From NCBI GenBank assembly GCA_021806685.1, contig JAJZQU010000001.1:1-61393 (forward strand): a DNA stretch of 61,393 bases, written 5' to 3'. The notes under the pieces are model-generated. The model saw nothing but the letters and a program-made list of their open reading frames with translations, was not told the DNA's origin and searched no databases. The position numbers and the translations under genes are program-made. This document shows, piece after piece, positions 1 to 7,604 of this stretch. This DNA comes from a bacterium. GTDB taxonomy: Bacteria > Patescibacteriota > Patescibacteriia > 2-12-FULL-60-25. Within the stretch, counting starts at the first letter, position 1. Every line of letters starts with the position of its first letter.

Positions 1-1587
1 CCGATCTACGGAGTTACTGGTTCGGTGGTTATGGCAGAGACGATCAAAATGCTGGCGCAAAAATCCCCCCTGCCCCCCTTTGACAAGGGGGTTGTTACAG
101 AGTTTGCCGGTGACCCCCTTGATAAAGGGGGAAACGAAGGGGGTTTAAAGTTCTTCCCCATTCTTTCTCGCGAACATGATGGCTTGGACTTGGATATCTA
201 TATCCCGCATAGGGAAAAGGAAGGTTATGGGTTAAATGCCGAGAGCGTTGAACTGATTGGCCAACGCGGAGCTGAATTACTAATCACTGTTGATTGCGGT
301 ATTGCCAATGTGAACGAAATTAAGCGTGCCCGTGAGCTCGGCATGGACGTAATAGTCGTCGATCACCATCAGTTTGGCGAACAGCTGCCAGATGCGATTT
401 TGATCCATCCCAAATTGCCGGGCGAAACTTATCCTTTCAAAGATTTGGCTGCAGTCGGCGTGGCTTGGAAAGTTGCTTGCGCTTTGGCTGCTGGAGCTCG
501 GGCCAAGGGATACGAAGTTCCTATTGGTTGGGAAAAATGGCTGCTTGATTTGGTGGCTATTGCCACTGTCACGGACATTGTGCCCATGGTTAATGAGAAT
601 CGAGTCTTGGAAAAATATGGATTGGTGGTGCTCAACAAGCAACGCCGGCCGGGCATAAAAGCTTTGGTTGAAGCTGTTTGTTGGAAAAAAGGGGAGTTAG
701 ATTCTGAAGCTATCGGTTATACCATTGGCCCGAGGATCAATGCGGCTGGCAGGATGGAACACGCTTATTTGGCAGTGGCGTTGTTGCTTGAGGAAAATCC
801 CGAAGAAGCAGCTGCCAAAGCCGCTGCTTTGGAGTTGGTTAACAAAAGCCGGCAAAAAGCCACTGAAGCGCTTATGCAAGAGGCAGGTAAGAATACCGAT
901 GGGCATGCAGAGCAAGCCTTGATTTTTGCTTGGTCTGAATCTTGGTCGCCTTCGCTTGTTGGTTTGGCAGCCGGCAAGTATGCGGATACTTGGGGCAGGC
1001 CAGCAGTCTTTGTCGGCAAATACGGTGGTGTATGGATAGGTTCGGGTCGTTCCATACCAAGTTATGACATTACGGCTGCCATCAAAGAGGTTGGCCAGGG
1101 TCTTTTGACCCGTTATGGCGGGCACACCCAAGCTTGCGGTTTTAGTTTGGCGACGGATGAGGCTGTAGAGAAGTTCGCAATAGCCCTGCGCCAACATGCC
1201 GCCGCAAATTTGGTCCTCGATAGTCTTAAGCCGTATATCGAAGTCGAAGCAGCCATACGTTTGGATGATATTGATTGGCGCCTAGTCGACACGCTCAAGC
1301 AATTTGAACCATTTGGCGAGAAAAATCCCAGGCCGCTTTTCGCGTCATACAATTTGACGGTTATCAGCGCGGCTTTGGTCGGAGCCACTCAAAAACATAT
1401 CCGTTGCAGCCTCCAGTCACCAACCGGTAAGGCGCAAAAGTTCATGGGTTTTTATCGTTCTGACTTAGTGGGTATAATAACGCCGGGCGCCAGTGTTGAT
1501 GTCGTCTATGAAGTTGGCATCTCGGAGTGGAATGGCAACCGGGAAATACAGTGTAAAATCATAGATGCAAGGCAAGCCCAAGAATAA
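1..1587 (+). CDS. recJ: ssDNA-specific exonuclease RecJ, 5'-truncated by window edge
   Basis: DHH-family motifs (VIVVDHHQ; IPHREKEGYGLN; GGHTQACGF). The frame of ORF 25..1587 stays open back to nt 1. Confidence 0.85.
   Translation, partial: PIYGVTGSVVMAETIKMLAQKSPLPPFDKGVVTEFAGDPLDKGGNEGGLKFFPILSREHDGLDLDIYIPHREKEGYGLNAESVELIGQRGAELLITVDCGIANVNEIKRARELGMDVIVVDHHQFGEQLPDAILIHPKLPGETYPFKDLAAVGVAWKVACALAAGARAKGYEVPIGWEKWLLDLVAIATVTDIVPMVNENRVLEKYGLVVLNKQRRPGIKALVEAVCWKKGELDSEAIGYTIGPRINAAGRMEHAYLAVALLLEENPEEAAAKAAALELVNKSRQKATEALMQEAGKNTDGHAEQALIFAWSESWSPSLVGLAAGKYADTWGRPAVFVGKYGGVWIGSGRSIPSYDITAAIKEVGQGLLTRYGGHTQACGFSLATDEAVEKFAIALRQHAAANLVLDSLKPYIEVEAAIRLDDIDWRLVDTLKQFEPFGEKNPRPLFASYNLTVISAALVGATQKHIRCSLQSPTGKAQKFMGFYRSDLVGIITPGASVDVVYEVGISEWNGNREIQCKIIDARQAQE
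61..175 (+). repeat. In-frame ~38-codon insertion inside recJ carrying two CCCCCTT-N4-AAGGGGG hairpins (74..91 and 114..131)
   Basis: Two 7-bp G/C stems read directly. The peptide KSPLPPFDKGVV..GDPLDKGGNEGG sits where RecJ proteins normally have only a few residues before the IPHR..EGYG motif. Confidence 0.5.
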
Positions 1588-1712
1588 CCAATATTTAATG
1601 TCCAATATCCAAAAAATATCCAAATTTCAATACTCAATATCCAATTTGGTTATTGATATTTTGGATTCTTGGAGTTTTTTTGGTCATTGGTAATTCGAAT
1701 TTGGTGATTTTT
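1588..1712. repeat. CCAAT-heptad imperfect palindromic element, copy 1
   Basis: A run of TCCAAT/CCAAA units is followed by the mirrored TTGG/ATTGG units, centred near 1647. The 1682..1705 box matches the second copy at 55399..55422 (reverse complement) in 21/24 positions. Confidence 0.6.
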
Positions 1713-1721
1713 TGTAAAAAT

Positions 1722-2129
1722 ATGAATCTACAAATTTATTCAGATGGTGGAGCAAGAGGTAACCCTGGGCCGGCCGGGATCGGCGTAGTCGTTGTAGACA
1801 GAGATTCTGGCAAAAAGCTGGAAGAACATTCTGTTTATTTGGGCAAGACGACTAACAACCAGGCCGAATATCGGGCGGCGATTTTAGGTCTTGAAAGGGC
1901 CATCGCTTTGGGTGCCCACTCGGTTGAGTTGGTCGCGGACAGTGAATTAATCATCAAACAGGCAAGAGGCGAATACAAGGTCAAAAATGCTGATTTGGCC
2001 AAGAGGTTTTTAGAGCTGAAAAATTTGGAAACAGGGCTTGGAGGGCGCGTGCAGTATCGCCATGTAAAACGTGAGCATAATAAGCGGGCGGATGCCCTTG
2101 CTAACCAGGCGATGGATCGGCTCAAATAA
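1722..2129 (+). CDS. rnhA: Ribonuclease HI
   Basis: YSDGGARGNPGPAGIG, NNQAEY, ADSELII and KRADALAN give the D-E-D-D catalytic pattern. The internal ATG at 1722 is preferred over the ORF-track start 1653, which lies inside the repeat. Confidence 0.8.
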   Translation: MNLQIYSDGGARGNPGPAGIGVVVVDRDSGKKLEEHSVYLGKTTNNQAEYRAAILGLERAIALGAHSVELVADSELIIKQARGEYKVKNADLAKRFLELKNLETGLGGRVQYRHVKREHNKRADALANQAMDRLK

Positions 2130-2177
2130 CAAGAGTTACCAAGTCTGAGTATCCACATGCCCTAGGGGCGTTTTTTA

Positions 2178-2186
2178 TGCTATGAT
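2178..2186 (+). promoter_or_regulatory. Extended -10 box TGCTATGAT, 8 nt upstream of the ATG at 2195 (candidate leaderless promoter of the pilus operon)
   Basis: Motif and spacing read directly. There is no SD between the box and the ATG. Confidence 0.4.
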
Positions 2187-2194
2187 TAGGGCAG

Positions 2195-4312
2195 ATGAAT
2201 AGGAGGAAAATTTACATTAAAAAAGCCAAAAAACGTAAGGCGCTTCATGAAATTATGACGCCCGGTTTTTGGCGCGCTCACCACATTGTCCCGGCCTTTA
2301 TTGCGTTAGTTGGTTTAGGCATGGCTTTAGGCGTTGCCCATTTTTCTTCCATGCAGCCTTATAAGGCTAGTGCCGCGGCTGCTGACAATATCCTTGGTTG
2401 GGCCTGGGCTGACACGATCGGCTGGATTTCCCTTAACGACCAAAACCCTTCTTCTTGCGGCTCGCCGCCTTGCGGCACCTATGGCATAAACATGGCTCCG
2501 GCTGCCAGCCTGCAACTGGACGGCAGGCAAGGGCATACTGTCAACGGTTTTGTCTGGTCGGATAACGTTGGGTTTATTTGTTTTGGTACGAGCTGCAATA
2601 TTCCTGCCTGTCGCGGGGCGTTTTTGCCTTCGCCGCCAGGCACTGGTTTTTATGCATATGTTGACCCGGTGACTGACCCTTCGCCCAAAAAAGTCCATGG
2701 TTGGGCAGTTGTTTGTAATGAAAAAGATTTAGGCTGGATTTCTTTGAATTGCGAAGACACGGGAACTTGTACCAACCCTCCAACCCCGCCAGCCTCTTAC
2801 CTTAATTACCGTCTGGTTTACAATCCGCAAGACCATAAATTTTTCGTTAACCCATATGAGGGACAACCGGCCATGTCAAAAGGCGTGCCTTTTGGTTGGA
2901 ACGGTAACAGCGATGGGACTGGTTTTGGGTATATCAGTTTTTATCCCATTTCAGGTTCGGCTGCGGGCATGCATTTGACTGCGCCGGCTGAAAATTGTCT
3001 TTTGGTAGGCGATGAGGATTTAAATGGCTTAGCTGATTGTTCTGACCCGGCCTGTTCGGCCTTGCCGCAATGCAAAGAAATTAATTCAATCAACGGAGGA
3101 TTAACCATCCAAGACAAATACAATGCTTGCCATGACCATGTTGACAATGATGCCAATGGCCAAGCTGATTGTACCGCAGGCAGTGTGCCCGCTTTACCAG
3201 CGGATACTTCGTGTTTAGGGTCAATGGTCTGCCAACTGCAAACTGACGTACCAGGCGGCTGTTCGGACGGCCTGGATAATATCGGCAATGGCTTGATAGA
3301 TTGCGTTGACCCTGCTTGTGCGGCTGATCCGGCCTGTGTAGCCCCACCCATACCTGACCAACCGATTTGTACTGACAACCCAGCTTGTGTTGGTTTAGCC
3401 GGCGAAGCTTTGGCCAATTGCTGTTGCAATGACAATATGACCAACGGCCCCCATCCTTTGGATTGTCTTGATACGAAATGTCAGGCCCAGGCGCCCAAGG
3501 TTTGCTCGGCTTGGTCAAAAGTGGTGACCGGCAATATTTATGCGCAGGGCGGCATATCCGGCACACAAGCGCCTAAAGCTTCCGGCACTAACGTAAAATA
3601 TTGCTTACGTTCCAGCGGCACCATCGAATGGACCAGCGAAGCCAGTTGTAAGGAGGAAGCTGCCGGTACAATCAACTTGCCAACATCCCAGACAAATTAC
3701 CGTAGTAAGCTTGGCTTCTTGGATTTGGCAGGAATTCGCAGCGGGCGCTACGGCGAAGTCGTGACGATAAATACTTCCAATGATCTGCCGGCTAATTTGG
3801 CAGGCAAGATATACCGCTATACTGGCGGCGGCACTTTTAACTTGCTGGCCAAAACATTTGTCAACGGCTCGGCACCCATTAACCGCGGCAACGGATTGTT
3901 GTTTATTGACGGCGGAGACTTAAAAATCATGGGTGATATCCAGTACACGGCCGATCCTGTGCAAAGCAGTTTACGTAACTTGGCGTCGTTCGGGGTGGTT
4001 GCGGTCAAGAACCTGACAGGATCCGGGGGCAATATTGATATTGACCCAGCCGTCCAAAAAGTATCAGGCGCTTATTTTGCAGAAGGGATATTTTCCACAG
4101 GATCCATCAAAACATCCAATCCGGCCTTGTCCGACGTAAACCTCAAGATCTATGGCATCTTGGTCGCTCAACAGTTTAAGCTGCAGCGTAACAACGATAA
4201 TCCTTCAGAGCCGGCCGAAGAAATCATCTTTGACGGTCGGGCCGTAGTTAACCCGCCGCCCGGCATGCAAGATACGAGCAAGTCTTTGCCTCGGCCTGAT
4301 GTGACTTTTTAA
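2195..4312 (+). CDS. Large Cys-rich membrane-anchored/secreted protein with GWAWxxxxGWI repeats; first gene of the pilus operon
   Basis: It has an N-terminal TM helix. Four G-W/F-x-W..G-W/F-I repeats lie at 2390..2947. Repeated C..DG.DN.GNG..DC.DP.C units follow. pilM starts 6 nt after its stop codon. Confidence 0.7.
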   Translation: MNRRKIYIKKAKKRKALHEIMTPGFWRAHHIVPAFIALVGLGMALGVAHFSSMQPYKASAAAADNILGWAWADTIGWISLNDQNPSSCGSPPCGTYGINMAPAASLQLDGRQGHTVNGFVWSDNVGFICFGTSCNIPACRGAFLPSPPGTGFYAYVDPVTDPSPKKVHGWAVVCNEKDLGWISLNCEDTGTCTNPPTPPASYLNYRLVYNPQDHKFFVNPYEGQPAMSKGVPFGWNGNSDGTGFGYISFYPISGSAAGMHLTAPAENCLLVGDEDLNGLADCSDPACSALPQCKEINSINGGLTIQDKYNACHDHVDNDANGQADCTAGSVPALPADTSCLGSMVCQLQTDVPGGCSDGLDNIGNGLIDCVDPACAADPACVAPPIPDQPICTDNPACVGLAGEALANCCCNDNMTNGPHPLDCLDTKCQAQAPKVCSAWSKVVTGNIYAQGGISGTQAPKASGTNVKYCLRSSGTIEWTSEASCKEEAAGTINLPTSQTNYRSKLGFLDLAGIRSGRYGEVVTINTSNDLPANLAGKIYRYTGGGTFNLLAKTFVNGSAPINRGNGLLFIDGGDLKIMGDIQYTADPVQSSLRNLASFGVVAVKNLTGSGGNIDIDPAVQKVSGAYFAEGIFSTGSIKTSNPALSDVNLKIYGILVAQQFKLQRNNDNPSEPAEEIIFDGRAVVNPPPGMQDTSKSLPRPDVTF

Positions 4313-4318
4313 AAATAT

Positions 4319-5392
4319 ATGGCCTGGTTCTTCAAAGAAAAAACTAAAAATTTCGTTGGCCTGGATATCGGCCTGTCAGGCATCAAGCTTGTTGAGCTGG
4401 CTAATGACGGCGGCCATGCCAGGTTGGTGACTTATGCCTATATCGACCAACAAGTCGATAATTACGACACCTTGTTCAATGAGCGCCTCGAAGAAACAGC
4501 CAAGAACATCAAGGCCATGTTGGCCAAGGCGCGCTGTACCACCAAGAACACCATAGCGGCTGTCCCGGTCTCTTCGGTTTTTTCATCCATCATCACTGTC
4601 CCGGCCGCCAGCGAAAAAGAAATGAAAGCCGCCATTGCTTGGGAAGCCAAGAAACTGATTCCGGTGCCGCTTGAGGAAATCCAACTCGACAGTAAGGTGA
4701 TTGAAGGTTCCATTAAGTCGGAAGGCTCGAAAAAAGTTTCGCGGGTCTTGTTGACGGGCGCGCCCAAGACATTGGTCAACCGTTATATTGACCTTTTGAA
4801 CAGGCGTTGCGGCCTCAACCTTTTGTCGCTCGAAACGGAAGCTTTTGCCCAGATCCGATCGCTTATCGGCCGCGACCATACAAGCATCATGATCATAGAC
4901 ATCGGGTCGCAGCGTACCAACATTTCAGTCGTGGAAAACGGCATTCCTTTCTTAAATCGTTCGATTGCTGTCGGTGGTTACTCAATCACGGAGGCCATTT
5001 CTCAAATGTTGGGCGTCACTTTCCAGCAAGCTGAAACAATGAAGCGCGATATCAGGTCAATGGAATCCTTTGCGCCCAGCGGTGATTTGACGCCTATCCT
5101 TTCTAATTTGATGAAGCCCATCGTAAATGAGGTGAAGTATTCTTTTTCGCTTTACCAAGGCCAAGGCGGGGTGGGGGACCAGCGTAAGATAGACAAGATA
5201 ATTTTGACCGGAGGTTCTGCCCTCTTGCCGCGTTTGCCCGAGTTTATTACACAGCTCATGAATGTTAATGCTTATTTGGGCGATCCGTGGGCTCGGGTGG
5301 TTTATCCCATGGATTTACGTCCTGTTTTGGATGAGATCGGGTCACGTTTCACTGTAAGCATTGGTTGCGCCATGCGCGATATCACTGATTAA
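4319..5392 (+). CDS. pilM: Type IV pilus assembly protein PilM (actin-like ATPase fold)
   Basis: The N-terminal FVGLDIGLSGIKLVEL and the overall length fit PilM, as does the operon context. Confidence 0.85.
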   Translation: MAWFFKEKTKNFVGLDIGLSGIKLVELANDGGHARLVTYAYIDQQVDNYDTLFNERLEETAKNIKAMLAKARCTTKNTIAAVPVSSVFSSIITVPAASEKEMKAAIAWEAKKLIPVPLEEIQLDSKVIEGSIKSEGSKKVSRVLLTGAPKTLVNRYIDLLNRRCGLNLLSLETEAFAQIRSLIGRDHTSIMIIDIGSQRTNISVVENGIPFLNRSIAVGGYSITEAISQMLGVTFQQAETMKRDIRSMESFAPSGDLTPILSNLMKPIVNEVKYSFSLYQGQGGVGDQRKIDKIILTGGSALLPRLPEFITQLMNVNAYLGDPWARVVYPMDLRPVLDEIGSRFTVSIGCAMRDITD

Positions 5393-5399
5393 ACCAACC

Positions 5400-6503
5400 A
5401 TGACTGATATTTCTCTCCTCCCCCAAGATTTTAGGGACAAAGAGGAAGAATTGAAGAAACAGCAAGGCACCGTGCAACCACCGGCGGCTGATTCGTCGAT
5501 GCATGTGCCCAAAGAAGAGGCTGAGGATGTCGAGGTGATAGAGGTCGAGGAAGGCGAGGTCGAACAGGTTTTGAGCAATGAGCCTTTTTTGACAAAGATG
5601 ATTTATAAGGCAGGAGTCTGGCTGGAAGGCATGCGGGACAGTCTCTTTAAAGCGCACAAGCCAGAGCCGCCACCCAAAGCGCCGCCCCAATTTTTTGCTC
5701 CGCCTAAAGCCAAACCATTGACTGCAGTGCCGAAGGCTCCTATCCCGGCAGCTTTAGTACCTCCAACAGCCCAGGCAATGCCTCTTGCAACAGCAAAACC
5801 GACAGTGGCAGCTCCGGTTGCCCAGATTAGGCCAGTGACACCCCAGCCCCAAGCTAAAGCCCGCATCATTCCTTCGGCTGCCACGCCCCGCAAGGTGCGG
5901 ATTATCAAGCGCACGCGCAAGCCGGTCCATGTCAGTTTGTTGGATGAGGATGTTGTCCGTCAGATGCAGGTCAATGTGCCCAAGCGAAAGTTCACTTTGG
6001 CATTTTTGACGGTCTTTTTTGCTGCGGTTTTTGTGGCTTCATTTTTCCTGCTTGACCAGCAACGGGCCAATGCTGCGGCAGACCAACAGGCGGCCAACCA
6101 GGAAATGCAGTCACTCAAAGGCCAGATAAAAGACATGCAAGGCAAGTGGGCGACTTTTCAGGACCTGGAACCAAGGCTTATGGCCTTGAATGACTTGATG
6201 GACCACCATGTTTCGATTTTGAATGTACTCAAGTTTTTGGAACAAAGGACTTTGACCGATGTGTCATACAGCGGATTTTTGTTGGATAGCGGTGGCCAGG
6301 TCCACCTAAATGTCACGGCTCCGACTTACCAAGCGGCAGCCAGGCAACTGATGATTTTTAAGGATTCACCTGAAGTCAAAAACGTTGATGCCAACTCATT
6401 CACTTACCTGTCTGATGGCAAAGGGGCCAATGTCACTTTCCCTTTGACTTTGCAATTGCAAACGCAGGCATTGTTATTCGAGCAGCCGCTTTCCGAACGT
6501 TGA
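5400..6503 (+). CDS. pilN: PilN-like pilus assembly protein with a long acidic/Pro-Ala-rich linker
   Basis: The N-terminal ISLLP motif resembles the PilN INLLP motif. A single TM (FTLAFLTVFFAAVFVASFFLL) is followed by a coiled-coil and a periplasmic domain. The ATG at 5400 is chosen, since ORF-track start 5361 overlaps pilM. Confidence 0.55.
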   Translation: MTDISLLPQDFRDKEEELKKQQGTVQPPAADSSMHVPKEEAEDVEVIEVEEGEVEQVLSNEPFLTKMIYKAGVWLEGMRDSLFKAHKPEPPPKAPPQFFAPPKAKPLTAVPKAPIPAALVPPTAQAMPLATAKPTVAAPVAQIRPVTPQPQAKARIIPSAATPRKVRIIKRTRKPVHVSLLDEDVVRQMQVNVPKRKFTLAFLTVFFAAVFVASFFLLDQQRANAAADQQAANQEMQSLKGQIKDMQGKWATFQDLEPRLMALNDLMDHHVSILNVLKFLEQRTLTDVSYSGFLLDSGGQVHLNVTAPTYQAAARQLMIFKDSPEVKNVDANSFTYLSDGKGANVTFPLTLQLQTQALLFEQPLSER

Positions 6504-6504
6504 G

Positions 6505-7209
6505 ATGTTATTCCTGTTGCTGAAACTTTTGGCAACAGGAAGCGACAAACTTAACATGGCAGACGCACCAGAAATCAAAATTACGCCTGAGCCCGATCAG
6601 AAGCCTACTGGACGGACTCCGGACAATGGGCCCAAGCCCAAACGGCCGTCAAAAATCTTTACGGATTATTACGGTTCGGTTTTTTTGCTGTTGGTTGCCG
6701 CTTATGTAGCTGTTGGTTTTTTCGTAATTAAGCCCAAAATGGATGACAATAAGCAATTGGAAGCTCAGGCCAGGGGAATCCGCAAAGAAATCGAAAATGA
6801 CCGTTCATATTTTGATGGCTTAAGCCGGTCAGTTTCAGCTGCCCAAAGCATTGACCCGCAGGTTTTGCAGAAGGTTGACCAAGCTTTGCCGCATTCGGCC
6901 AGCGTGCCGGACCTGCTTGTCCAATTAAGTTCTGCCTCGGCTTTCAGCGGAGTGACACTTTCCAACATTGTGTTTGAGAACGCTGCAAAAGCTCCTGGTG
7001 GAGGCACTGCTTCCACACCCATTAACATCACGCTCTCAGTCACAGCCAAGGATTACACTGCCTTAAAGAAGTTCCTTAACACCTTGGAGACCAGCTTAAG
7101 GATTTTTGATGTCCAAACCATTGCTGTTTCTGGTTTTGGGGAAGACATGATCAACTTCAACCTCCAACTCAGATCGTATTTTTATCCGACTGCGGCCGCA
7201 AAATTATGA
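6505..7209 (+). CDS. pilO: PilO-like pilus assembly protein
   Basis: It has a single TM, a coiled-coil and a C-terminal domain, and sits directly after the pilN-like gene. An alternative start exists at 6556. Confidence 0.5.
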   Translation: MLFLLLKLLATGSDKLNMADAPEIKITPEPDQKPTGRTPDNGPKPKRPSKIFTDYYGSVFLLLVAAYVAVGFFVIKPKMDDNKQLEAQARGIRKEIENDRSYFDGLSRSVSAAQSIDPQVLQKVDQALPHSASVPDLLVQLSSASAFSGVTLSNIVFENAAKAPGGGTASTPINITLSVTAKDYTALKKFLNTLETSLRIFDVQTIAVSGFGEDMINFNLQLRSYFYPTAAAKL

Positions 7210-7604
7210 GCAGTTCCCCACCGCTTTTTGCTCGGATCATGCTTGGCATATCGGCTTTGGTAGCCGTGGGAGTTGTTTATTGGTTCCTTTCAAATGCCTT
7301 ACAAAGCGCGCCCATGCCAACTGTCCCGCCTCCACGCCAGGCGCAGAGCTTTAATCCCAAGGCAGATGTGGTCAAGAACCCGGTTTTCCCGTTACTCGGA
7401 AACAAATACCAGTCAGCCATACCTGACATGCCAGTAGGACGGGAAAATCCGTTTTTGCCCTTGAACTATACTTTGCAACTAAGCGCCGTAACCACTGTGC
7501 CGCCCGGCGGCTTGCAGGTACCGGGATCTAAGATCAAGATCATACAGGCGCCGATTACAGTCATCACGGGCACGGTGGCCACCACCAGCCTCCCATTATT
7601 ATGA
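7206..7604 (+). CDS. Small membrane-anchored pilus-operon protein, function unknown
   Basis: N-terminal TM helix. ATGA start/stop overlaps at both ends (7206 and 7601) indicate translational coupling. Confidence 0.5.
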   Translation: MSSSPPLFARIMLGISALVAVGVVYWFLSNALQSAPMPTVPPPRQAQSFNPKADVVKNPVFPLLGNKYQSAIPDMPVGRENPFLPLNYTLQLSAVTTVPPGGLQVPGSKIKIIQAPITVITGTVATTSLPLL

